In this document: in pieces, positions 50,384-63,344 of the stretch
Numbering within the stretch: position 1 is the stretch's first letter
How the letters are laid out: the number at the start of each line of letters is the position of its first letter
Assembly: GCF_030144855.1 (NCBI RefSeq)
Contig: NC_082713.1
Span: 21,576,001-21,640,000 of the forward strand
Reading direction: 5' to 3'
DNA from: Hypanus sabinus
Taxonomy: Eukaryota
Length of the DNA stretch: 64,000 nucleotides
Position numbers and translations under genes: made by a program
Notes under the pieces: model-generated
The model's input: only the letters and a program-made list of their open reading frames with translations
Databases searched by the model: none
What the model was told of the DNA's origin: nothing

Positions 50384-50956
50384 CACTCACTGGTCAGTTT
50401 ACGGAATAAAGTGGCCACTGGGAGTATGTTTCTGATCTGTCCATTAATGCAAATATCCAATCAGTCGATCATACAAGCATGCAAACCTGGTCGAGAGCTT
50501 TCGGTGTTGTTCAGACCAGACACTAGAGTGGGGAAGAAATGTGATCTAAGTGAATTTGACCACGGAATGATTGCTGGTGTCGGGTGGGGTGGTTTGAGTA
50601 TCTCAGAAACTATTGACCTCCTGTGATTTTCATGCACAACAGTCTCTCCAGTTTACAGAGAATGGTGAAAAAATTTTTTTTAAAAATTCAGTGACCGGCA
50701 GTTCTGTGCACCTAAGATACTTAGTTAATGTATTAATTCTCCAGAGGAGAATGGCCAGACAAGTTCAAGCTGATAGAAAGGCGATGGTAACTCTAATAAC
50801 CACACAGTTACAACAGTGGTGTGCAGAAGAGCAATTCTGAATACACAACACGTCGAACTTTGAAGTGGATGGGCTACAGCAGCAGAAGACCACGAACATA
50901 TATTCAGTTGCCACTTTATTAGTACAGGAAGTACCCAATAAAGAGGCCACTGAATG
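50384..50956 (+). mobile_element. Non-autonomous Tc1 derivative (same family as 29019)
   Basis: TA-flanked TIRs; VGKKCDLSEFDHGMIAG...ETIDLL; palindromic right end 50901-50956. Confidence 0.88.
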
Positions 50957-53098
50957 TACATTGAACTCCTGGGGCCTAAGAACTTATTCCTGTACCTATG
51001 AACCAATGAACACTACAGCATTATTCCTTTTTTTTCCTTTTTAACTTCTCAATTACATTGTTATTTATCATAATTTTATATCTATGTACTGTACCACTGC
51101 TATAAGACGTCAGATATGGCAATGATACGAAATCTGATTCTGATTTTGTTTGTACTATCAACCGATTCTTGCCAATGTGTAATCTGAAAGTCCTAGAGTT
51201 TTATTTTGGCACAATGACTGTTTTTGGGACATTCTCAAACACCTTCTTAAATTCCAAACATACCATGTCCATAATTTGTTTTTTGTCTATTTTACTAATT
51301 AAATCCTCAATAAACTGCAGGAGAGGCATCATTTCTCTTTCCTAAACCTATGCTGACTGTCTAATCTCATTAATGCTTTTTGTTTGAAATGCTATTAGTT
51401 GTGTAGAGGTCTCTGCCTGTAAGGGTTTTTAACTGGCTCAATAATTCTTGATTATTACCCTATAAAAATTCTCCATCATGAAGTTTCTGATTTACAATGA
51501 TACTGATAATAGTATAGCCATATGGACAGTTAAATGGCACAGGAAGTCAAAAGAAAGACATAGTTAAATAGGAACATCACACCTCTCCCTCTTTGTTATT
51601 CTGTCTGTCTGTCTGTCTGTAACTCAAAACCCCTCTCCCTCTCTTTCACTCTCTCTGTCTGTCTCTCTCTTCTCCCTCCCCGATTGCTATTCTGCACTCA
51701 AAGCTTCTACATCCACAGAGCCTCAGATCCCTCACTGTGTGTTTGGAGATTATATTTTGGACAAATATGTCAACATTTAGGTGTAAGTGCCAGACCCTAT
51801 TAATCTAGGAATCATTTGCCGCTTCTCCTGCTGCTGTTTTTGCAATTGCTGCACAGAAAGAAATTTTTAAAAGATAGTTGAATAAAAATGTAGCTATTAT
51901 GACTCAATTCCATACTGTAATCAAATAAAGAGAAGTTAAACTGCCAAAAGGCGTATTTAGGACAAACAGTATTATTACCATGTTGAACGGAACATAAGTT
52001 TTAATGGCAAAATACCGTCATTTAAGGAGTATTTACGCCCTAAATCTGGAATGGTTGGTTTTGTTTAAATAGCTATTATTCTGGTGTGTTTAAATTTCAA
52101 TAATTTAACTAATAACCCAGCAGTAAAATATAGGCACCATCCTATGAATAAAGTTGAACTTCTATTTTATCAACTGCACGGCCGCACTGTATTGAGAAAT
52201 AATTTCAACGAGTTGTCAGGGGAGACATTCAATAAATTAGATGGCTGTTTCTTACAAATTTTGTTGCATTTTTATCCAGTAAAACTACTGCTAAAATGTA
52301 TATTTTTTTTGCGAATGTCAGTTCAGCAAAATCATCAGTAGGTGGGACTTTTATTTTACCCATTTGTTCCATTCACAAAATGGCTCCTTCAACTGTTCTT
52401 GTGATTAAATGGTCAGAGACTGCTACTGGGTTGTTATTCAAATCCAGATCATGCATCAGATCTCCCAGTGGGAAACAGTGGTGGCACAAAGACTCATGAT
52501 TAGAAGGTAGAATAATTACTTCAAAAGGGGGAGCAACAACGAGTTTTTTTGGAAGACGTCCTAACAATGGACATTCTATGTTCAATTTTAGGACTAAAAT
52601 TCAAACATTCATAACATTCAAAGCAGCTGTTGTGGATACGGTCCATGGGAGATAGGAAATCAATACGCTTCATTTATCAATAACAGAGTCCTTCCACAAA
52701 ATAATCTCCAATTGATGGTGGCCAGGATTGTTGCCAATTCTGTCTGCTGTGAGCTATCAGGAAATGTATAAAATGTAAGGCTGGTATTTATAGTCAGTTA
52801 TAGACATTTAAAGTTTCTAATTACAAGCTCCATTTTAAGGTAAGGAATATTTTTATGAAGGCTACACACACAAAATGCTGGAAGAACTCAGCAGCCGAAG
52901 CAGCATCTATGGAGATAAAGTACAGTCAAAATTTCGGGCCAAGACCCTTCGGCAGGATTTCCAGCATCTGCAGATTTTCTCTTGTTTGTGTTTTTATAAA
53001 GGTTATTAGTTTTAATATAGCAGATTAATAACCAACCTAAACATAATTATAATTGTATTAATGATATTTACTACATTATAAAAAACAAAACTAAATTA

Positions 53099-53497
53099 CA
53101 GTACCATGCAAAGGTCTTAAACACATGTAAAACAATTCTGTAAAGATACTTTCAAAAATAATGAAATGAAAAGTTTCTAAATATCAAAAAATACTCAAAT
53201 AATAACAAGCAGTAAACAGTAAAAAATGACATCAAATCAATATTTGGCATTCATCTTTTGCCTTTAAAACCGAATCAATTCTCTGCTGTGCAGTTTTATA
53301 AGAAAATTGGCTGGTAGGTTGTTCCAAACATCTTGGAGAATTTGCCACAGATTTTCTGCAGACTTTGGCTGTCTCGCTTGCTTCTGTCTCTACAGGTAAT
53401 CCCAGACAGCCTCGATAATGTTGAGATCAGGACTCTGTGGAGGCCACACCATTGAAAGTATATAAAAAGTCTAGGGCACAACATTTGCACAGTACTG
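53099..53497 (-). mobile_element. Short Tc1 derivative with CAGTACTGTGCAAA-type TIRs
   Basis: TA-CAGTACCATGCAAAGGTCTT...TTTGCACAGTACTG-TA; minus-strand remnant QPKSAENLWQILQDVWNNLP. Confidence 0.75.
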
Positions 53498-53829
53498 TAT
53501 ATTAAACATAAATCACTTTGGAGCATTCTGAGGTTGAGAAAAGTACCAAAAATTGTCTTTTTGTTCTTTCCCCTTTGTCATTCCACTTAAAAGAACTTAC
53601 AGCAAGAGCAAGGCAAACATTAGAAATGCCATGATCTCACGCCTCCTCCCTGGTTCAGTATTATATTAGAGCTCAAATAATAATGTCCCAAAGCCAATTG
53701 GTTGCGAAACCATTTATTTAACTATAGCGCACCCTAGTGACCTAAGACATCATCGGCAGTCTGTTGATCTAAGAATCTACTCATTAAAAAACATTGCTTT
53801 CTTGCACAATTTCTGTTTATATCATTTCT

Positions 53830-54300
53830 CTTAGTCCAGTGAAAATCTACAGGTCTCTGTCCTGAGTATAATCAACAAGAACATCCAAAAGCCCTTCGCA
53901 GCAGAGGGCTTCAAGGATTCATAACATATTACTGAGGGTATTTTTCTCATTGCTACCCAAATTGGTCTGCTCCTTATTCTGAGGGGATATGCTTCCTAGG
54001 TCTAGGCTCTCCCATTTGTGAAAATGCCTTGTCGAGCCCTTTCATGTTCCAAAGAATTATCCTTCATTCTTCTAAATTCCCAAAAGAATAGACCTATCCA
54101 AGTCAATGTCTTCTCACAGGACAACACCTCTGATCCCAAGAATAGCCTGTTCTCTGACTTGTTCTATGAGATATTGCTTGAAGAATGTGCCTTGAATTCA
54201 TCAAGTCTTTTTGGCAATTTAATTATGACAGTCAACAGTCTATATGCAGATTAAAAACTCCTCTGGTTATTAAATTATTTTCCATATTGTCCTCTTAGCA
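53830..54300 (-). mobile_element. Old CR1 remnant
   Basis: Degenerate reverse-complement CR1 3' end. Confidence 0.5.
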
Positions 54301-54539
54301 GTGCTTTGTTTTAACCAGTGATGAATCCAATTGTCCAGGAACTGAAACACTCATCTCCTCTACCACACTCATAGCTATACATTCTGACCTTTGATTTGGT
54401 ATATCTACCTCAATATTCTTTTTGCTAAGAAACTACAGATAATAATCTGTTAGAGTCTGTGGCTTAGTCTTGACCATAATCCACTAACAAAATCTCTCAG
54501 AAGAATCTCTTTCTAAGTGCTACTAAATTATTGATGGTT

Positions 54540-54912
54540 GAGGATCCCTACCTCCCCTCCCACAATCTCTATGAACCACTAGCGTCAGGAAGGAGATACA
54601 GGAACATCAGGAGTAGCACTGTCAGACTGGGTAACAGCTTCTTCCTCCAGGCTGTGAGACTAATGAATACCCTGCCACCAGTGAGGTCTCGTCACTAAGA
54701 CAGGAAGTTTTTTTACTGAACTGTTTATTGTTTATCTGTGCTGCACACTACAGGCACTTTGAATTACATTTTAAAAACTTACTTGCAGTAATATTTTGAT
54801 TTACGTGATGTGGGTGATATATGTTTTATGTGAACACCATGATTGTGAGAAACAGTGTTTTGTTTGGTTGTATATATGTAGAGTCTACACGACAATGAAC
54901 TTGACTTGAACT
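54540..54912 (+). mobile_element. Rex-type LINE 3' end
   Basis: PL.SGRRYRNIRS.T.RLGNSFF.QAVRL; (AACTTG)-like tail. Confidence 0.7.
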
Positions 54913-55750
54913 TGCTGAATGGATTGCTCTTCAGTTCAACGTTATACAGCACATCATATATGCAGCACAAAAATGCACCAATGTACACCACAATGGACCC
55001 AACAGAATATATAATAACACAAAAAGTGGATTACAGATAAATAGTATGGCATCATAACCTAATGAAATACAACAAACTATAGAGTGTAGCACAACACAAC
55101 GTCACACAGCATAACCCTATGTAACAACCCAATTAGACCATAACATTAATTCAAAGTTACAAATGGATCTTTTCCTCCCTCTGAACTACTTTTCACTATA
55201 TATGAGGAGATTGCTTTACAAGTTGGCGACTGATACTGTGCCTCTGGGACTCCAAAGAGCCCAATCAATGCCTCTTTCTGCCACTTACTTTCTTCCACCC
55301 TCAGTTTAATGAGCTCTTTCACTGTGGTGTGGGGGAAATATTGACCACACTCTGTGCTCTCACCCACACAGTTTGAAGGCTGGTCATACACCGACGCCTC
55401 CTCTGTCCACTACTCTCGTCAGCTTCTTGTATATTCAAATTACCATACCGGGCCATGATGCAATCTGTCAGGTTACTTCCAACAGTACGTCTGTTAAATT
55501 GTTAGACTTTTCGATGACAAGCCAAACCTTCAAAGCTGGTACTCTTTCCTTATAATTGCTTTGATGTGCTGGTCCAGGACAGGTCATCCAATATGTTAAT
55601 GCCCAGGAATGTAAAGCTGCTAACCCTCACCGGTGCTGCTCCCCCAGTGTAGACTATTTCCCCTTGCTGAAGTTCACAATCAGCTCTTAAGTGTTGCAGC
55701 TCCAGTTAACTAGTGTCATGAGGCTGCAGAACATTATGCACTTCATTATA

Positions 55751-56200
55751 TAGTACTGTGCAAAAGTCTGAGGCATATATATACAGCTCGAGTGCCTAAG
55801 ACTTTTACACAGTCCTGTATTTGTCAACATGGAGCAGAAAGCAAGTTTGTAAATCTGACAAGGGCAAAAGAGGTTGGGAATGGTGAGCGTGGAGCACTGT
55901 GGGAGGGGTGTGGGACAGGTGGCAGAGAAGGAGTCCCAGGGGTGGTGCAGGTACAGACACACCCAGCCCTGAGACACCAGACAAGGTCACTTGATTCCAA
56001 ATAACTGCTTTATTGATCATTACTGAATGCCTTTCTGGTGCTTCCTACTCCATCTCTTCTCCCTCCCCCCTTTCATAACCATGATTCCCTTCTCCCTGCC
56101 TCTTCCCACTCTCAGTCCACAATAGAGATCTGTATCAGAATCAGGTTTATCATCACTCACATATGTCATGAAATTTGTTGCTTTTTGTGACAATACAGTA

Positions 56201-56203
<3 letters not shown>
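55751..56203 (-). mobile_element. MITE plus cargo, copy 1 of a putative composite transposon (second MITE reduced to CAGTACTGT and (TA)n)
   Basis: 67-bp palindromic MITE at 55751-55817; 55818-56195 aligns in reverse complement to 62628-63041. Confidence 0.7.

Positions 56204-56251
<48 letters not shown>
56204..56251. repeat. (TA)n microsatellite
   Basis: About 24 TA units. Confidence 0.95.
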
Positions 56252-56255
<4 letters not shown>

Positions 56256-56814
56256 ATGTTCATCGATTGGTTGATAATTAATATAAATAGTACATTCAGA
56301 AATCTGATGGTGTAGGGAAAGAAACCGTTCCTTAAACATTGAGTGCGTGTCTTCAGGCTCCTGTACCTTCCCCCTGATGGTAGGCATGAGAAGAGGGCAT
56401 GGCCTGGGGTAATAATGCTCCTTCATGTTGGATGCTGCCTTTTTGAGGATGTTTTGAAGATATCCTCAATGCTGGGGAGGCTACTCTCCTCTTCTTGGGT
56501 ACAATGCAACATAGTGCTAAATAGCACACTATGTAACATAATTGAATACAAGATAATGCAGTGTAGGGAAGAGCTCTGCAGCATGATGTGAAACAGTAAG
56601 TAAAGACTAATACGTTTCAATAGAGTTATGTGTGCAATATCTCTGGCATGGTAGGGTGTTAAATGAATGTTCGCTTAAGCTTCCAACATTCTGTGATGCA
56701 AAAAGCCTGCCAGAGACCATAAACAAAAATCTTTATGACTGGATTGTATTGCAGAACTGTACTGGCAGAAATGGGGGTGGGAAATAACGTTTAGTTCTCA
56801 GCTGGACTTCATTT

Positions 56815-58465
56815 TTAATTCTCAGACTTGGTCAGATTCAATGCCGCTTCAAACTCTTATTAAGTTTTCTACAGTGTATCGAAGCCTATTGTGAAGATTC
56901 GGAATACTTTTAGAGACATTGACAATGGATTAAATCTGATTTGTAGTGGAGTGGGAAAGAAATCTGCAAGTATTCTAAAGGAATGAAAAGGTGAGAAGCA
57001 AATGTATTAAATTCACCCATCTTTTGAACAACATGCATTCTATTATTAATAATCCAGAACCTTTTTATCCACGGCCATAATCTTACATCATCCTTAGATA
57101 TATAAACAGTGCCTGATGTGATGTGTATTAGCAAAGTCCAAAATTCAAAAGCAGATTTTAAGCCTTATCCGATATAGGTATATATCTATAGGTTTCCTCA
57201 CTATAGGGAGATGTACTGTATTAACCTACTCTCCAAAGATTAGCTTCCTTCCCTCTCTTGGCTCAGCAGTGAGGTCTAACAGCCAATACCCACGATTTGA
57301 CTGATGGGATCCCCCTCTCTACCAAGAAGGAGATTCTTCCAGCTACCAAAATAGTTTAAATACAGTTTATTTTATTTTTACTGACATATGCTTAATTTTA
57401 GACTTATTGTTCTGAACACATATTTAAAACTCACAGGGGATTTATAAAAGATTTGTGAATTATAGAAGATTTATAAACTTCAAAAGATATCCAAACACAG
57501 GTACAATTCTTACAAACTAAAAGAACATACCAATAAGTGCAGACAAACGAGTCATCCATTGCAGAAAACAAAGGCTAAGGAATGAATTCAAGTTCTTCTT
57601 TCTCTCGACCTGTCTTTCTGTTAATCTTCTTGTCATTCCCAACAATCCCCAGTGCATTCTAACATTTATACTGTTTTGCTGCTAGTTGACATTGTTTGCA
57701 TGTGATGTGTTTTAGATAATTTTGCTGGGACAAAGTAATTCACACAGATGATCTAAAAGTTTCTGTGGACAGAGATACAGACTCCCAAAACAAACGCTGT
57801 ATGACCTGAGTCTCTGAGTAAACAGATACCCCAACCATTGATGGATTATATCTGTGACCATGTTTGATGTGCTAAGTGACAAAATCAATTTATTCTGCAA
57901 GCTTATTTGAACTCAGTCACAATAGTGCAATCAACCCAGCCAGTCCTGCTTGTTTGCAATGTTATCTTTTTAACTTCAGACTTTGTACGTTAAAAATTAA
58001 AGGCTGGCTCTTGCTTATATAAAGAAGCTGAGCAAAGAATATTGGTTAGAAGTTTAACTAACATCTCTGACCTTTTGGGAGGTCATGCTGCTGTGATAGA
58101 AAGCTGAGGTTAACAATAAAACTCTAAGGCTCTGGAAAATGAATATCCATCAATCAAGTTTAACTGTCAGACATTGTCAGATTGGAGGTTGCTTTAACCT
58201 TTATTAGGCTTCAACAAGGTGTTGAAACTCATTGTGAAGATTTAGAATACTTTTAGAGATATTTACAATGAATTAACTTTGGCTTGTGGTGGAGCAGGAA
58301 TAAACCTGTAGGAAATGTATTCTGAAGGAATGAAAAGATGAGAAGCAAATGTAATGAAGGCACCCATTTTTACAACCAACTCTCAGTCCATTATTAATGA
58401 TCCAGAACCTATTATCCATGGCCATAATCTCAAATCATCCTAAAATACATGTACCTACAAGCCTG
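56815..58465 (+). repeat. Diverged ~300-bp direct duplication (56815-57115 and 58159-58465)
   Basis: Shared blocks in the same order: TCAGAC.T.GTCAGATT, ATTGTGAAGATT..GAATACTTTTAGAGA, GGAATGAAAAG.TGAGAAGCAAATGTA and ATCCAGAACC...GGCCATAATCT. Confidence 0.85.
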
Positions 58466-58639
58466 GCAATTCATCCTCTTGATGGAAGTCGTTATTAGCT
58501 CATGGAATAAACAGGGGAGATGCAGCACGCATAAGCTATTGGCTTACAGACAAAATACAGACAGATGAAACTGAATTGCATCTTTTTTTTGATGTGATGC
58601 ATTTTATGGCAGATCCCAATTTTTTTCCTTGCGTAAAAG

Positions 58640-58972
58640 GATTGAGTGGACTGCCAGAGGTTTTTTACTGGACAGAGATGGCTAAAACACAGGGGCATAA
58701 TTTGAAGGTGATTGCAGTAAAGCATAGGGGACATTACAAAGGTAAGTTCTTTAAACAGAAAGTGATCAGTCTATGGAACACCCTGTCAGGGATAGTGGTA
58801 AAGGTCAATACATTAGAGGCATTTAAGAAACTTTTAGATAGGCACATGGGGAGCCATGCAGGAGGGAACAGTTAAATATTTCTTACAGTAGGTTAAAAGG
58901 TTAGAACAACATCATGGGCTGAAGGGTCTGGACTATGCTGTAATATTTGATGTAATATTCTAATGTTCTATG
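58640..58972 (+). mobile_element. CR1 3' end
   Basis: KTQGHNLKV...FFKQKVISLWNTL...AFKKLLDRHM. Confidence 0.8.
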
Positions 58973-59514
58973 GCTACAGGATTGTTTATACCCAGGACCA
59001 AGCTCAAATGAAGACCATAAGACTCTAAGACATAGGAGAGAATTAGGCTGTTCAGCCCATCAAGACTGCCATTCTATCATGGCTGATTCATTATCATTCT
59101 CAATCCCATTCTCCAGCCTTCTTCTCACATTCTTTTCTGTTCAAAAACCCATCAGTCTCTGCAGATTCCACCTAGGAGTTGGAAAGGATGTCTTCCCTTA
59201 AGACACTCTCCCCATTTCAACTGGACAAAAACAACACACACTAAGACAGCTGAGGAAGAGAGAAAGGACACAGGGGAGAGGTAGAAAAAAAATAAACAAG
59301 ACTCAAAACTCCTAATAACTGAAGTGCACGCTAGGAGAAAATTACTGTGTGGCAAAAGGCCAGCAAACCAGCCAGGGCAGGATATGTTTCCAGTCATATC
59401 CTCTAGGGGTGAGAATTACTTCTCATTTAAGCAATGCAAAATTAAATGTTATGTTCTCATACAAAATGTTGCAACAAATAGTCCATTGCTGAAACAATTA
59501 TAGTTGAATTTATT

Positions 59515-59610
59515 ATTACAATCATGTTATGGTTCTAATTAAATTATAGTCATGTTATGATTCTCATTAAATTATAATCATGTTATGATTCTAATTAAAT
59601 TATTATCGTG
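59515..59610. repeat. 28-bp AT-rich tandem repeat (~3.3 copies)
   Basis: Unit approximately AATCATGTTATGATTCTAATTAAATTAT. Confidence 0.85.
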
Positions 59611-60983
59611 TAATAATTGGTGCATGTGGTTCAGCAAAGGAAGATATAACGGATTATCATGTATCATCTGAGCTGTCATCAGACTTCGGTGAACGATGTG
59701 GGTGTTAAGACTTGTGGTGTGAGAGCATCACTGTGCCGGCTGGGAAATAAAATTTTATTTGGTTTCTTATGAAAACTTGAGCTCTTTGAGGGCATCCCCC
59801 ATATAACTTTTAGTTAATGTGCCGACTTACTTTGTTCTACTCATATTTGTGTTCTGCAGATTCATATCTTGGTGCTCCACCATTTATGGCATCTGTTATT
59901 TGTTTTTGACCTGTGCATTATGTCCCTGCAGTGTTAGGTCTCATCTCTGCTCACCTGCAATACAAATTGTTTGTAGCGTGCAGCATATCTAACAGAGGGG
60001 CTGTGACTCTTGGGCATTTTCGACATGGACTAGTACAGGAATGGGATTTTTAAAAGACCAAAGATTCTGAACTTGTGTAACTGTTGTATCTACTAAGGTG
60101 GATTACTGGTTGGTGTGAGGAAACATTTAACCCTATGGTGGTGATACATCACAAAAATTGTCCGGCAATCTGGTCTTGCATTGACATCATTCACAGCATC
60201 TGCACATTCAGGAAACAGGAGAAGGTCTATATTGAGTGGATAGCCAGAGACTTTTCCCCAGGAGAGTGGAGGCATTTATGGCGGGGGGGGGGTGGATATC
60301 AGTGGTAGGCTTTTGAAACGGAGAATGGCAGGTGAATGGAATGCTCTGCCAGGGGTGGTGGTAGAGATTGATAGCTTAGGTGTATTTAAGAAGATAGAAA
60401 ATGACGGGCTATGTAGGACGGTAGGTACAGATTGATCTTAGAGTAGGTAAAAAGGTAGGAAAAATATCATGGGCTGAATGGCCTGAACTGTGCTGTACTG
60501 TTCAATGTTTTGTGTTACAAGGTAGCAATTATGATTTCCCTTACAACATTTGAAAAGTTTCTGGATGAGCATTTGAATTTGAATTCTTTAGACATAGAAG
60601 ATTATGGACCTAGTGCTAGAAAGTAGGATTAGTATGGAAGCCACTTGATCAACGGCATGGACATGCTGGGTCAAAGGGCTTGCTATTGTGTTACATAACT
60701 CTAAAGCAGGGATGTACTGAGCCTGCAGATCGTAGATTATACCCTAAAGTTCTAATTAATGTTATTTATTGCAGAACAAGGATTTTTGTGAATGGTGACT
60801 GGTGACTTCATTCATGGTGCATCAGACTGAATAAGCACAGAACAATCAATCCAGTTTTAGTTGTAGTAACTGACTGTTTTCTGACTGAATGAAGGTTTAA
60901 GTTGGGGTGTTCCCCAATGATTGAAAGTTGGGCCAATGTTTGGCATCAATGACATAGATTTAATGATACAAAACTTGGAAATA

Positions 60984-62279
60984 CAGTGAATTCTGGTTAA
61001 TTGGTCCATTGATTAATCATGGCAGCCTCTTATGTGGGACAACTCCTGAAGTACAGAAACTTATCAATAAAATAGTCAAGATTCCCTTTGTTTATTTGGA
61101 ACACTTTGCTGCTTAATTGGGACAAGAGACTGTTGCCGAACAGTTTCTAACTAGTATCATTTGCATGAACTTGTGTGGCTGTTAGATGTTACTCCAGGCT
61201 TAGAGCAAACAGTTTCTAAATAGGATGATTTTGCATGTGTTTGTGTTCAAAAAGCAGTGATTTTTATCACCGATAGTTGGCAAGAAATAAGCAGTAAGAC
61301 AGCTTAGAATTGCTTTGCTCACTGCATTTCATGGATTCAGACTTGGAGATGCCAGAAATGGCTGGGAGTGAAAATTAAATGATTTCACTACATCAACAAG
61401 TTAGACACTACAAAGAATTTGAAAGTATCGACAATTATCTTGAATGTTACAATGAAAATGAAGATTTGGAGGATGCAAACATCAAAAGCATTGCATGAAG
61501 GCAGTCTTTGCAATAGGAGTATGAGCTAATTCTGTTAATTTAGAGTCAATCAAAAGAAAGCGGCTACATATTAGTTGTCCGTCATTTGTGACAATGACAT
61601 TGAAATTTGTGCGGGAGAGCTTTTAGAGTACAAAACCCATTACATCAGGACAGTTCCACTCTCTTGGACTTGGAAGTCTATGGCCAGTGGTATGATTAGT
61701 CTTCACAAACTAGGATCTTCCTCGTCTGCAGTGGATAACCATGACTTCTACTGTGCCTTATCATGCCTGTTGCTCTGCACGAATTGCCTTCTTGGCCATT
61801 TGATCTCATCCACCCAGTTTGCTGGAGCTGACATGAATTGACAGGGATATGATGCCACCAGCTACCTTCACCTGGTTTAACCTGTCTGTAGACGTGCTGT
61901 ACCAGAATGTGGCCACTGTCATATGCAAAGAGTTGCAGTCACAGTTGAAAGCTAAGTGTCCGGCGAGGAGCTGTCCCAGAACTACACAACAAGCCCTTTC
62001 ACCAGAGGTGTTACCCATCACTGGAACCCCATACACGACAGCGTACACTGAATGAATTCATCTGTTGATAACTGGTATTAGGAACTAATACAGTTTTATA
62101 GTACTGCAGTAGCATTGGTAGTGTCCTAAATTATTTTGTATTTCATTTAAGTACATACATTGTTACTCAGTTAAATGTTCGTTTCTCTTTTTTATACCAT
62201 TTTAGCTATTTCCAAGAAATTTTGGCTAATTGGGCCAAATGTTCTGGTCTGATGTCTCCCAATTAACCGGAATCCATTG
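60984..62279. mobile_element. Tigger/pogo-like non-autonomous DNA transposon containing an RTE-like insert (~61575-62045), itself inside a CR1 remnant
   Basis: TIRs CAGTGAATTCTGGTTAATTGG / CCAATTAACCGGAATCCATTG; left TA; CR1-like sequence on both flanks. Confidence 0.7.
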
Positions 62280-62560
62280 AATGATGAACAGGGTACTGAT
62301 AAACTTCAAGAGCTGGAGACAGACAGGCACATGGCAGATGGAATTTAACACAGACAACGGAGTAGTCTTGAAGTTAGATGGAAAGAGCGAGGAGCAGAAT
62401 TAAGAAGTAATTGCACAGCGAGTACATGAATAATCAAGTCAAGTTGAGTTTCAAGTCGAGTTTATTGTCACATGTCCAAGTATGGTGAGGTACAGGTACA
62501 ATTAAATACTTGCCTGCAGCAAAGGTAGCCATTCAGATTACACACAAAACATAAATTATA

Positions 62561-63100
62561 TAGTACTGTGCAAGGGTCTTGGGCGCCTTTATATAGCTAG
62601 GGTGCCTAAGACTTTTGCACAGAATTGTAGTAATTTAATGTATTGCAATGTACTGCTGCCACAAAACAAAATGGCAGATGTGAGTGATGAAAAGCCTGAT
62701 TCTGATATGGGTCTCTATTGTGAAATGAGATTGTGAAGGGATCAGGGAGAACGGAATTCTGGTTGGGATAAAGGGAAGGGGGAGGAGAGGGAGTGGGAAG
62801 CACCAGACAGCCGTTCTGTAATGATTAATAAACAAATTGTCTGGAATCAAATGACCTTGCCTGGTGTTTAAGGACTGGGTGTTTCTACATCTGTGCCACT
62901 ACCCACCACCCCCCCCACCGCCGGTACTCCTTCTTTGCCACCTGCCCCACACCCCTCCCGTAGAGCCCCACCCTTGCCGTTCCCAGAATCCTTTGCTCTT
63001 TCCAGATTTCCAGATCACTCTCCATTCCACCTTGACAAGTACAGTACTGTGCAAAAGTCTTAGAACCCTAGCTATTTATATAGACGTTTGCACTGGACTG
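62561..63100 (+). mobile_element. Putative composite transposon: MITE (62561-62627), 414-bp cargo, MITE (63042-63100)
   Basis: Both ends are self-contained palindromic CAGTACTGTGCAAAAGTCTTAGGCAC-type MITEs, each TA-flanked and inverted relative to each other; cargo shared with 55818-56195. Confidence 0.8.
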
Positions 63101-63344
63101 TATTCAATAGGCTGAATGGCCTAATTCTGCTCCTATGTCTTATGGCCTTTATGGTCTTACTGTACAGAGAGTAACTAGAAAAAAAATACATGCAAAATAA
63201 AACAGTAGTGCAAAATAATTACAATCAGAGAGCTTGGTGCACATGTACAGAATTCTTCATTAGCTGGACTGGGTGAGAGAGCACTTATGAAACCAGACAG
63301 GGTCTTGAAATTCATCTAGAGATTGCATATAAATCTGGTCACTA

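Noticed and set aside
56194-56205. TACAGTACTGTA as a Tc1 excision footprint
   Set aside because: Identical to the first bases of the MITE TIR, so truncation explains it equally well.
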